Origin: Candidatus Hermodarchaeota archaeon
GTDB taxonomy: Archaea > Asgardarchaeota > Hermodarchaeia > Hermodarchaeales > Hermodarchaeaceae
Length of the DNA stretch: 15,496 bases
Direction of reading: 5' to 3'
Assembly (NCBI GenBank): GCA_016840065.1
Contig: JAEOTB010000059.1
Span: 1-15,496, forward strand
Part shown: piece by piece, positions 1 to 7,995 of the stretch
Numbering within the stretch: the first letter of the stretch is position 1
Layout of the letters: each line of letters starts with the position of its first letter
Program-made: the position numbers and the translations under genes
Notes under the pieces: model-generated
The model's input: the letters and a program-made list of their open reading frames with translations, nothing else
Told to the model about the DNA's origin: nothing
Databases searched by the model: none

Positions 1-39
1 AGGGTTAATGTACAAATGGTACCGAGTACCTACTGATGG

Positions 40-798
40 CTAAATCTGAATTGTTCCTGCTTCGTAGCGGTCAATCCAACTCAGTAGTTCAGACGGCTTT
101 CGTCTGCGAGTAGCCGTCTCTCTTAAGGCATCTAGTAAGTAGGGGATAATATCCTCTAGAATTCTTTGTTGGTCACTAGTTCCCCGGATTCGGGAATAAT
201 TGGTGAGAAGCATCCGACAGATAAGTCGTTTTTCTGGTGTGAAGAGAGGGTCGGTATCAAGAATGGATGCGCAGGTGCTTGCCAGATCTTTTAGGTAGTA
301 TCCAGAGGTGCATTCCTCAAAATCAACACCAATGATGCGGGAACCATCATGAATGAAATTCCGGATTCTAGCGTCGCCTTTCAGCAACACAATATCAGGA
401 TTGTCTTCGCGTTGAAACCTTTGGTGGTACGTAGCTAACCATTGACCAAGCATCATTCCGTATAGGGGGTCTTGATCCGAATTAATCAAGTCGCAAAGGT
501 TTTGCCCCGATACATACTGCATGAGAATCACATGGGCAGTAGTACCGATGATTTTAGGTACTGGGACTCCACTGGAGTAGGCATCACGCAGCACTTGAGC
601 TTCAACGGCGATACCAAGTTGTTTGAACCACTTGGCAACAATGTCTAAGGTACTCCTTGTAGATTGGTGTGTGCCAGTGATGTGTAGGACTACATTACGA
701 CGACTCGGAAGCCGACGGCACTCCTGGACAAGGAAGTCTTCAGTGAGTAGAGAGAGGAGGGCACCTCGCACTTTCCATGGTACATTCATCTCTGACAT
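40..798 (-). CDS. Protein-kinase-like fold phosphotransferase (APH/RIO/Bud32-like), 252 aa
   Basis: VAK beta3 lysine (IVAKWF), helix-C Glu (VEAQVL), GVPVPKII, hinge ILMQYVSG, catalytic loop LLKGDARIRNF (HGDxxxxN type) and metal-binding GVDFEE. ATG start. Substrate cannot be determined from sequence. Confidence 0.8.
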   Translation of the reverse strand: MSEMNVPWKVRGALLSLLTEDFLVQECRRLPSRRNVVLHITGTHQSTRSTLDIVAKWFKQLGIAVEAQVLRDAYSSGVPVPKIIGTTAHVILMQYVSGQNLCDLINSDQDPLYGMMLGQWLATYHQRFQREDNPDIVLLKGDARIRNFIHDGSRIIGVDFEECTSGYYLKDLASTCASILDTDPLFTPEKRLICRMLLTNYSRIRGTSDQQRILEDIIPYLLDALRETATRRRKPSELLSWIDRYEAGTIQI

Positions 799-947
799 CC
801 TGTAACTCTACTCCCACATTATTACATACTAAAATTATCGGATTAGGTTAAAGAATACTAGTGAAAGACAGCCTCAAGCTTCAGCAACAGCTATTTGAGA
901 GGACCACCTATTACTTGGAATCGAAGTTGTCTAGTTGGTGAGATATT

Positions 948-1319
948 TTGACGGAGAACAAGGAGCTTCTAGAGCGACTTATACCACGCTTCAAGCTGTG
1001 GTTAGAAATGGACGGAGTGACCATTCTTGGTAAGGGTGGGGCTCTTTTGCTGAGGTCAATCGAAGAGCACGGTTCTATTAGCCAGGCATTACAGTCATTT
1101 CCTGCAGAGGAATTTGGCGAAGAAAGTCCTCCTTCGTATCGCTTTGCTTGGGGCTACCTGCAAAAGGTAGAGGAGAGGCTAGGCGCTCAAATAGTTGAGA
1201 AGCGTAGAGGCCACCGAGCTGGAACAGGCGGTACTGCTCTCACAGCCCTTGGTCGAACCTTGTTGAAACGATTCGAGGAGCTTGAAGCTAAACTTGCTGC
1301 TTCACTTATTGAGAAATGA
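948..1319 (+). CDS. ModE N-terminal-like winged-helix transcriptional regulator (no TOBE/molybdate-binding domain)
   Basis: FKLWLE...ILGKGGALLLRSIEEHGSISQA...SYRFAWGYLQKVEERLG...RRG..GGTALTALG matches the ModE DNA-binding domain pattern. TTG start with GGTGAG at 937-942. Confidence 0.85.
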   Translation: MTENKELLERLIPRFKLWLEMDGVTILGKGGALLLRSIEEHGSISQALQSFPAEEFGEESPPSYRFAWGYLQKVEERLGAQIVEKRRGHRAGTGGTALTALGRTLLKRFEELEAKLAASLIEK

Positions 1320-1354
1320 GGGCTGGAGTAGATAGTATTTATACTATTACCACT

Positions 1355-1407
1355 CAAAAGATTCATATAGTTACTTCGGCTGAAGAAACCTTGTAATTGT
1401 TGGAGGT
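1355..1407 (+). promoter_or_regulatory. Candidate BRE-TATA promoter and ribosome-binding site of the GTPase gene
   Basis: CAAAAG followed by ATTCATATAG (1355-1370) resembles BRE plus TATA. GGAGGT at 1402-1407 lies 6 nt before TTG at 1414. Confidence 0.45.
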
Positions 1408-1413
1408 CGAGCC

Positions 1414-1977
1414 TTGAGCAGCAGCATACCTGAAGAAGAGCGCAGATTCACAGCAGTTTATAAGATAGTGACCTTAGGTGAACCCGCAGTGGGTAAGACA
1501 AGCCTAGTGACGAAATATGTCACTGGCAAGTTTGAGCGAGATTACCATAAAACTCTGGGTATTGATATCAGCACATTTGACACACAGCTTGAAGACAACC
1601 TTTTCAAACTACTAATTTGGGATCTTGCTGGACAGGAAATCTTTGTGGAGTTAAGAACCAGATACTGTCAAGGAGCAGGAGGAGGAATTGTAGCTTTTGA
1701 TTTGACCCGCCCACAAACACTTGAAGCAGTACCTGACTGGGTCAAAGCCGTACGTGGAGCAGTAGATATAGACCCGGTTCTTATTCTACTTGGTAATAAG
1801 GCTGATTTAGGGAAGAGAAGGAAGATATCGCAGAAAGAAGCTAGTAAGGTGTCAAAGGATCTGGGGCTTCACACCTATATTGAAACCTCTGCAAAAACTG
1901 GTCAACATGTTACAGAGTGCTTCAATAAACTGGCCCTCCTTATGCACAAACAAGGTTTAGAGCGCCTAAAACGCTAA
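1414..1977 (+). CDS. Rab-like small GTPase (Ras superfamily), 187 aa
   Basis: G1 GEPAVGKT, G2 YHKTLG, G3 IWDLAGQE, G4 GNKAD, G5 ETSAK. RabF-like segments LGIDI, KLLIW, YCQGA, VAFDLT. No C-terminal cysteine prenylation motif. Confidence 0.95.
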   Translation: MSSSIPEEERRFTAVYKIVTLGEPAVGKTSLVTKYVTGKFERDYHKTLGIDISTFDTQLEDNLFKLLIWDLAGQEIFVELRTRYCQGAGGGIVAFDLTRPQTLEAVPDWVKAVRGAVDIDPVLILLGNKADLGKRRKISQKEASKVSKDLGLHTYIETSAKTGQHVTECFNKLALLMHKQGLERLKR

Positions 1978-2044
1978 AAATCATAATCTTGTATCCTTTC
2001 ATTGAATTCCTCTCAAAATCCTAGGGTACTTCTATACCAAGAGG

Positions 2045-2093
2045 CGAAAGTTTATCTCCTGATTTTGAGGAATTTATCAGGAAACATGTTTCC
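2045..2093 (+). promoter_or_regulatory. Candidate promoter (CGAAAG-TTTATC) with a perfect 14-bp palindrome GGAAACATGTTTCC upstream of the M6 protease
   Basis: BRE/TATA-like CGAAAGTTTATC at 2045-2056. The palindrome at 2080-2093 lies about 25-30 nt downstream, where the transcription start would be expected. Confidence 0.45.
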
Positions 2094-2168
2094 CCATATG
2101 TATTGCCCTCCCTTGATATGATTCTTCTCAATTATTAAGGTAAAACGGCTTCGGAGTGTTGAAATGCT

Positions 2169-4235
2169 TTGAAAAAAACTCTCTTCATTAATCGGGTCTT
2201 ATCCGTAACTTTGCTGATGTTCATTGTTTTATTCTCATCAGCGCCTGGCATTACCTCTAGAATCTCTCCTTCAGAGGTCGAGATGGATGAACAAGATGCT
2301 TTCTCATCGGCATGTGTTTCGCGCTTCGGACTTGATGGCCCAGCACCTATTCAGCAAGACTATACCCCCAGAGATGCCTTTGGTAACAAACACCTACTTG
2401 TGATTCTTGTCGAATTCACTGATCAACTACACACGTTCACACAAGCGCAGGTCGAAACGTCATCCATCAATAACCTAGATGATTACATTGATGAAGTCTC
2501 CTTTGGACTCACATCTGTGACAGGGGAAGCAACTGCTTGGATTAACCTGGGACACGCACGAGAGTACTATGTTGAGGGCACATCTTTCCCTAGCGATCCA
2601 AAGTTCACTCTAATTGCAGATGCGGTAGACGCCGCAGATCCCTATGTAGATTACAATGATTATGATGGAGTAACCATCATCCACGCTGGTCAAGGACAGG
2701 AGTTAAGTCATGATTGGCATGATTATTGGAGTTGTGAATGGTGGGGCTTCTCTCTCCCGACTGATGATGGGGTCACTCTTCACCGAGCCTCAGTCAGTCC
2801 AGAAGAGAGCAACCCAGCCCAGCCCGCATTTGTAGGTGTACTCGCTCACGAGTTTGGACACGACCTCGGATTACCTGACCTATACGACACGAGCTATACA
2901 GAGGAATTTGTAGGCGACTGGGCACTGATGGGTTCAGGATCTTGGAATGGTCTGCTTGGAGTTGGGGACAGTCCCGCTCACATGATGGGATACAGTAAGG
3001 CTTATCTCGGCTATGTTAATGGGTCCCAGCTTTTAGAAGCAGCACTCGAGGTGAACACACTTGTTGACCCATTAGAGTCATCAACTACTGGAGTGCATCT
3101 GATAAAAATCCCAGTAACAAGCCTCAGATACTATCTGATTGAGGTTCGCCAGCAAACGGGGTATGACACATATATTCCTGATAAAGGTGTACTGATAAGC
3201 TATGTTGATGAAGCTCTCTCTTCAGGTCAAGGGATTGTAAAAGTAATAGATTCACATCCAATTACGGATACAAAGAACGATGCTGCTTTCGACATAGGTG
3301 TTGGTGAAGTAGATTACTATATGAATTCCGTTGACGAGTTTACTGTTGTCATTGAAGAAGCAGTGGGTAATTCCTACAACATTACAGTGCTTCGAGCCTA
3401 CATGTCATTTACCAACTTGGAGAACGGAGCAGCTCTGCTTACTCCAAACTATACTCTAGAATGGGCTGGTGCTGCGGCACCACCTGGATTAAACCGTTAT
3501 GAACTCTACATCGATGGGGGGCTTGCATACAATGGAACAGGTACAGACTATAGCTGGACGGGAATGGCAGCTGGAGCCCACGTCGCCTCATTATCAATGG
3601 TTCTAAATGGGTCTGGAAGAAGACTAACAATTGAATCCAACTTTGTAGTTGACCTTGAGGAACCCACCATCACCGGAGTTCTTCATCACCCAGAATACCC
3701 AGCCTTCGGAGACGGCGTCCAGATTCGGATGAATGCCACCGATGACACATGGATTGTTAATGCAACTGTCTTCTATCGCCGCGCCACGGAAACTATATGG
3801 TATCAAGTGAATATGACATTCTACTCTGGAGATGAATGGAGAGTCACTCTCGGTGTTTTCATATTCGGTACTAATATCTTGTATTATGTCGCTGTAACGG
3901 ATGCAGGTGGTCGCACTCAAATAAATAACAATAATGGTGATAACTACGAATTCACAGTTGAGGGTATTGGTCTAATTATCATCGCTATCATTGGAGGCGC
4001 TATCTTCCTCGTCATAGTAGTAGCCTGTTGTACTTCCCTCCAGAAAAGACGGAGGGGCAAACCGACGGTAAAACCGGCACCACCTCCTTCACTGGGACCC
4101 GTTAAAGGACCTTCTACTGAGGCTAGTACCTACCCAAAGGTTGTAGATCCGACGTCATTCTGTCATGTCTGTGGCTTTCCATTAACACCTGGCGCTCAAT
4201 ATTGCGGCAAATGTGGGAGACCCGCCTCTGGCTAG
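2169..4235 (+). CDS. Membrane-anchored M6 family (immune inhibitor A-like) zinc metalloprotease with C-terminal zinc ribbon, 688 aa
   Basis: Signal peptide MKKTLFINRVLSVTLLMFIVLF; LLVILVEFTD; IIHAGQGQE; zinc motif AHEFGHDLGLPDLYD; Met-turn VGDWALMGSGSW; YYLIEVRQQTGYD; beta-rich Ig-like region; TM helix IGLIIIAIIGGAIFLVIVVACC followed by KRRR; CHVCG...CGKCG. Confidence 0.92.
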   Translation: MKKTLFINRVLSVTLLMFIVLFSSAPGITSRISPSEVEMDEQDAFSSACVSRFGLDGPAPIQQDYTPRDAFGNKHLLVILVEFTDQLHTFTQAQVETSSINNLDDYIDEVSFGLTSVTGEATAWINLGHAREYYVEGTSFPSDPKFTLIADAVDAADPYVDYNDYDGVTIIHAGQGQELSHDWHDYWSCEWWGFSLPTDDGVTLHRASVSPEESNPAQPAFVGVLAHEFGHDLGLPDLYDTSYTEEFVGDWALMGSGSWNGLLGVGDSPAHMMGYSKAYLGYVNGSQLLEAALEVNTLVDPLESSTTGVHLIKIPVTSLRYYLIEVRQQTGYDTYIPDKGVLISYVDEALSSGQGIVKVIDSHPITDTKNDAAFDIGVGEVDYYMNSVDEFTVVIEEAVGNSYNITVLRAYMSFTNLENGAALLTPNYTLEWAGAAAPPGLNRYELYIDGGLAYNGTGTDYSWTGMAAGAHVASLSMVLNGSGRRLTIESNFVVDLEEPTITGVLHHPEYPAFGDGVQIRMNATDDTWIVNATVFYRRATETIWYQVNMTFYSGDEWRVTLGVFIFGTNILYYVAVTDAGGRTQINNNNGDNYEFTVEGIGLIIIAIIGGAIFLVIVVACCTSLQKRRRGKPTVKPAPPPSLGPVKGPSTEASTYPKVVDPTSFCHVCGFPLTPGAQYCGKCGRPASG

Positions 4236-4301
4236 CGTTGTAGTAACGCGTAAATTAAAAGGAGGCTGCATCTGTGACTAGCTTGTCCTACTTCTAGTAG
4301 G

Positions 4302-5624
4302 TTATTTGATGAGTGGAATCACAGCTGGGGCGTAACGTCCCAGATCCTCTTCAGTTTCAATCATAGGTGCTAGAAGACCAAGCTTACCTGCAGTACTGCT
4401 GATATCGGTTTTAATATCGCTCTTCTGAATTGCAGTAATTGCGTCACCACCGCATTCGTATATTTTCAATCCGCTGTTGTATTTTCGAGCGAGAGTCATG
4501 AAGTCCTTGAAGTACCCTCCGAAGGTTTCGAAGCGGCGGATATTGAAAGGGCAACCATTCACGATTAGGAGCTGCGCACTTTTAAGTAAATTAGCGAAAT
4601 GTTGTACAGTCTCTGGTCCAATACTTTGAACCTCATACTGAAGCGAAAGGCGTGGAGTAAGTGTATGAGTTCTAAGTTCTTCTGGGGTCTGTTCTATAAC
4701 ATCCTGAGCAAGATGGATGCGTTTGGGGTCGAAGAGTTTCTTGAAGTGTTTCAGTTGTTCTGGTGTAATGCCCTTAAAGAATCGTTCTTCTGTAAGGCCA
4801 AAGGAGAGGTCAGGGTTTTGGCTTTTCAGTAGAACTAGACTGAGGATGGAGCCTGCTATGAAGATCGTATTATCACGACGCATATAGAGAGACAGGACAT
4901 CAAGATAATCGGTTACCTTGCCGCCGAATAAAGCGACGACAACCCTTTTGCTTTTACCTATCTGTTCATTGATTTCAGCGTATTTTCGCATCTCCCCTGC
5001 AAAAGCGTTCGAGGGAAAAATTGGAACACCGCGTCGTTTTAGAAAAGCAGGGAGGGCTTGCATTGATGTATCCTTTTGGCTGCTTCCCCTATGAGCTGCA
5101 GAAAAGGCATCTTGAATGTAGCACAATCGATGCCCTGCATCACGGAGTTTCTCGACAAGCCGAACAGGTGGAGTGTCATACAGGTTTCGTGGAACACGGA
5201 GTTCCCAAGGGGCAAACCGTAAGTTGTTACTAAGGACGTTTCGTCCATGTGAAAGGTGGCCAAACTGGGTTAGACCCCAGCAAGTTTCGCTAAAAACATA
5301 TTCCCATTCCAGAAATTCGTCTGGATACTTTTCTCGTAGGAGCCGGTTCATGACTCGGGAGTGTTCAAGAAGTGGGTAGAAATCCGCTTTACCAATACGG
5401 GATTGGTGACTGGCATCACCGATTGCAGCAGCACCGGCTTTACGTAGTTCAACTGTTGTTAGGAGCGCTTCCATGATGCGGCGGTCATTAAGTATAGTGC
5501 CGCTGTTCGACATTACAGAATTGATATCGGTCCTTTTCAAGACAATTGGGCTACCAGCCATATATTCTTGACCGGCTTTTGCAGCGTTTTCGAGGGCAGT
5601 GAGAAACTGATGCACATAGTCCAC
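4302..5624 (-). CDS. Divergent phosphoglycerate kinase homolog, 440 aa
   Basis: Collinear PGK motifs RTDINS, DRRI, SHQSR, NNLRF, IQDAFSAAHR, FGGKVTD, SIGPET, IVNG, CGGD, STAG. Nucleotide-domain motifs are degenerate, so the symbol pgk is not assigned. GTG start. Confidence 0.85.
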   Translation of the reverse strand: MDYVHQFLTALENAAKAGQEYMAGSPIVLKRTDINSVMSNSGTILNDRRIMEALLTTVELRKAGAAAIGDASHQSRIGKADFYPLLEHSRVMNRLLREKYPDEFLEWEYVFSETCWGLTQFGHLSHGRNVLSNNLRFAPWELRVPRNLYDTPPVRLVEKLRDAGHRLCYIQDAFSAAHRGSSQKDTSMQALPAFLKRRGVPIFPSNAFAGEMRKYAEINEQIGKSKRVVVALFGGKVTDYLDVLSLYMRRDNTIFIAGSILSLVLLKSQNPDLSFGLTEERFFKGITPEQLKHFKKLFDPKRIHLAQDVIEQTPEELRTHTLTPRLSLQYEVQSIGPETVQHFANLLKSAQLLIVNGCPFNIRRFETFGGYFKDFMTLARKYNSGLKIYECGGDAITAIQKSDIKTDISSTAGKLGLLAPMIETEEDLGRYAPAVIPLIK

Positions 5625-5688
5625 CCTTTGGAATGTGCGGAAGCAGGGTACTTTTATTCTTTTGCATCATTTCGAGTTAATTGAAATC

Positions 5689-6621
5689 TCAACGTTTTAA
5701 AGTCGAGGAAATGCCTTGAAAGTGCCGGAGTAATAGAACACCAGCTAGTATCGTGATAATTCCGATAGGGCGGAGGAAGGAAAAGGGGAAGATAAGTAAG
5801 CCTCCAATAGGCTGAAGCAATGCATCACCAAAGACGAAGGCAGCAACGATGATGGGAACTAGTGTGGAAAGAGAGTTGTTTAATGGGAGTGCTACCGATG
5901 CTCGACGATGGGAATACGCGCATTGCAGCAGAAAGAAGGCAAATACTGAACTTATTACATAGAGCCAGAACGAAAGACGCGTTACAAGTTGAAGTAGAGT
6001 GGCAATATCCAACACGTTGAAATCCTCGAGAATGAGACGAACTTCAATTGTCATAGCCTTTAGGAAGATAGTGGCTATTCCATAGAGGATACCCGCTCCA
6101 AGGGCAAAAAACAGTTCTTTGTCTCGATCAGAGCTTCTTCTTATTGAACCAACAAGTACGAAAAGAACTGTAAGAATTCCACAAATAACACTACACAGCG
6201 AATACATTGGTACATTGTAGCCAAGTAATTCACGTTCTTCGGCTACAAGACTCAAGATAAGAATTCCTCCAAGGAGAGAGGAAATACCCAGCCACTCAGC
6301 CCGACCCATTTTCTCTCCCCAGAAGTAAACGCAGATGAAAACAACAACTAGAATATTGATGTTAGTCAAGGGTTTGAGGATACTGACATCTGCTGCAGAG
6401 AAAGCTTGCCAACGAAGGAGAGCACCACTGACGGCTAGAACACCTCCCAGTAACCAGAGGGGTGTGGTGAAAATGGCAAGCACTAGGTGGAAGTGTCTTT
6501 GTAGGAAGGCGCGGGGTGTTAATTCAGGTAGAGAGTCAAGGCTACGTCTTTGAATAGAATGGGCTATTCCTGAAATGACACCGCTTAGCACCGTCATCAG
6601 AGCAGCTATCGCAAAAACCAA
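5689..6621 (-). CDS. DMT superfamily transporter (EamA/NIPA Mg2+-transporter-like), about 9 TM helices, 310 aa
   Basis: Multiple hydrophobic helices; PLWLLG, QAFSAADVSILKPLTNINIL, FWGEKMGRAEWLG and ASVALPL...FVFGD are typical of DMT repeats. TTG start with GGTGAG upstream on the minus strand. Confidence 0.85.
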   Translation of the reverse strand: MVFAIAALMTVLSGVISGIAHSIQRRSLDSLPELTPRAFLQRHFHLVLAIFTTPLWLLGGVLAVSGALLRWQAFSAADVSILKPLTNINILVVVFICVYFWGEKMGRAEWLGISSLLGGILILSLVAEERELLGYNVPMYSLCSVICGILTVLFVLVGSIRRSSDRDKELFFALGAGILYGIATIFLKAMTIEVRLILEDFNVLDIATLLQLVTRLSFWLYVISSVFAFFLLQCAYSHRRASVALPLNNSLSTLVPIIVAAFVFGDALLQPIGGLLIFPFSFLRPIGIITILAGVLLLRHFQGISSTLKR

Positions 6622-6680
6622 GCGTTACACTCACCAAATATCAGCTAGAAGGATAGAAGAGAGACACGCATCGAAATGGT

Positions 6681-6697
6681 TGATAAGTTTTTCTTTG
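6681..6697 (-). promoter_or_regulatory. Candidate BRE-TATA promoter for the DMT gene
   Basis: Minus strand reads CAAAGAAAAACTTATCA about 60 nt upstream of the TTG start. A divergent candidate GAAAGCCTTTTAG at 6765-6777 on the plus strand precedes 6822. Confidence 0.35.
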
Positions 6698-6821
6698 TTG
6701 ATGTAATTCTCGTTCAGTAGTTTTTTATTGCCGAGTATGATAAGAAAAGGAATCTAATATTGACGAAAGCCTTTTAGGGTTAGGGAGTGTCATTCGCAAT
6801 TCACCTTCAAGTGGTGTTTTT

Positions 6822-7022
6822 ATGGTGAGCAAGCGCCTGGTCGGATGGGCTGTATCGTTAGTACTCCTATTGACTATTCTATCTCTTCTCTTCTACCCCT
6901 ACATTTTAGCAGGTACACCGATAGCAACATTACACAATGACGTAGAACTAATGGTGGTAGTTGTCCTCTTCGGTGGAATGTTCTTTCTCTTGTTTTTACT
7001 TCTCTATCTAGGTGCTCGCTAG
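6822..7022 (+). CDS. Small two-TM membrane protein, hypothetical, 66 aa
   Basis: ATG start with GGTG upstream; basic N-terminus followed by two long hydrophobic helices; fills an otherwise empty interval. Confidence 0.7.
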   Translation: MVSKRLVGWAVSLVLLLTILSLLFYPYILAGTPIATLHNDVELMVVVVLFGGMFFLLFLLLYLGAR

Positions 7023-7125
7023 CATAGTCCTTTTCAAAACGTCATAAACGCTAATAAGGCGGTTATTCTTAGGATGACACAGAGCACAATATTCAAATGA
7101 AAAAAGTATCGGGAAGCTGAGTCGT

Positions 7126-7545
7126 ATGTCCCAGAAACCTAAGGATCCCTTTGGTGATTTAATAGTAGAAGCCTCGATGGAGGATATTGAGAAGGGCGCA
7201 CGCCGAGTAATTGGTTCTAGAATTCGTGTAATTGAGAAGAAGGATGGTGTGCGAGTCTTTTCAGATGATACAGAAACCTGTCCACTCGAAGTAATTGCGA
7301 CAACATTGAAACCTGGAATTTACCGGTTGGATGTACGCTCAAGATGCACCATTGATGATTGTGATTATTTTGGTGAGTGTACGCGGCTAGATGCAAGAGC
7401 AGCAAAGACTCTACAGATGGTTATGGCAGAGATACTGGGCACACCAGACCGAGTGCATGAGGGGCGTGTTTGGATGCCTGAGCGACTGAAAAGTGATGAA
7501 AAGCTACGTCGTCTAGTTGACAGGATAATTGATGAAGGTAGCTAA
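7126..7545 (+). CDS. Hypothetical cytoplasmic protein with a cysteine cluster (C...C-x4-C-x5-C), 139 aa
   Basis: ATG-start ORF with protein-like composition; contains ETCPL and SRCTIDDCDYFGEC. Confidence 0.75.
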   Translation: MSQKPKDPFGDLIVEASMEDIEKGARRVIGSRIRVIEKKDGVRVFSDDTETCPLEVIATTLKPGIYRLDVRSRCTIDDCDYFGECTRLDARAAKTLQMVMAEILGTPDRVHEGRVWMPERLKSDEKLRRLVDRIIDEGS

Positions 7546-7586
7546 GACGCTGATTAGATCTACTTAAAGATAATCTGTTTTTTAGG

Positions 7587-7967
7587 GTGGTTACTTTGGA
7601 TGCATGCGATGAAAAAATAGAGACCTCTCTAGAAGCCAAGAGGGAGAAGCCCTGGGGTTATGAAAGGCCTATAGGCGAGTTCAGGGGTATCTTTCTGAAA
7701 GAACTTTTTATCAGGAAGGGTTCAAAAAGCTCACTTCATTATCACGAGCGCAAGGACGAATTATTCTATCTTGTTAGAGGGAAAATCATAGTTCTAGTAG
7801 AAGGAAAAGAAATTCAGATGACACCAGGTGATTCACTTCGTATCTCCCCTGGGCAGCACCACCGGATTATTCCTAAAGAGGATTCACTAATCCTTGAGCT
7901 AGGAACACAGATGTTTGGAGACGTTTTTCGAATAGACGACGATTATCAGAGGTCTAAGCGTGAGTAA
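7587..7967 (+). CDS. Cupin-domain protein (type II mannose-6-phosphate isomerase C-terminal-like), 126 aa
   Basis: EKPWG, cupin motif 1 SSLHYHERKDELFYLVRG, motif 2 GDSLRISPGQHHRI. The exact start is uncertain (GTG 7587 or TTG 7596). Confidence 0.85.
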   Translation: MVTLDACDEKIETSLEAKREKPWGYERPIGEFRGIFLKELFIRKGSKSSLHYHERKDELFYLVRGKIIVLVEGKEIQMTPGDSLRISPGQHHRIIPKEDSLILELGTQMFGDVFRIDDDYQRSKRE

Positions 7968-7995
7968 GACAGGAGAAACCGATACATCCTGTAAA

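Noticed and set aside
2015-2160. Possible Moco/tungsten-cofactor riboswitch (CCTAGG, GGAAAC and GCCCTCCC elements near a ModE-like gene)
   Set aside because: I could not build the expected multi-stem Moco structure, GGAAAC is part of a DNA palindrome rather than a tetraloop stem, and the downstream gene is a protease. An Infernal scan with the Rfam Moco model would be decisive.
4302-5624. PGK pseudogene
   Set aside because: The reading frame is full length and uninterrupted, with selective retention of substrate-binding residues, which indicates a maintained gene.
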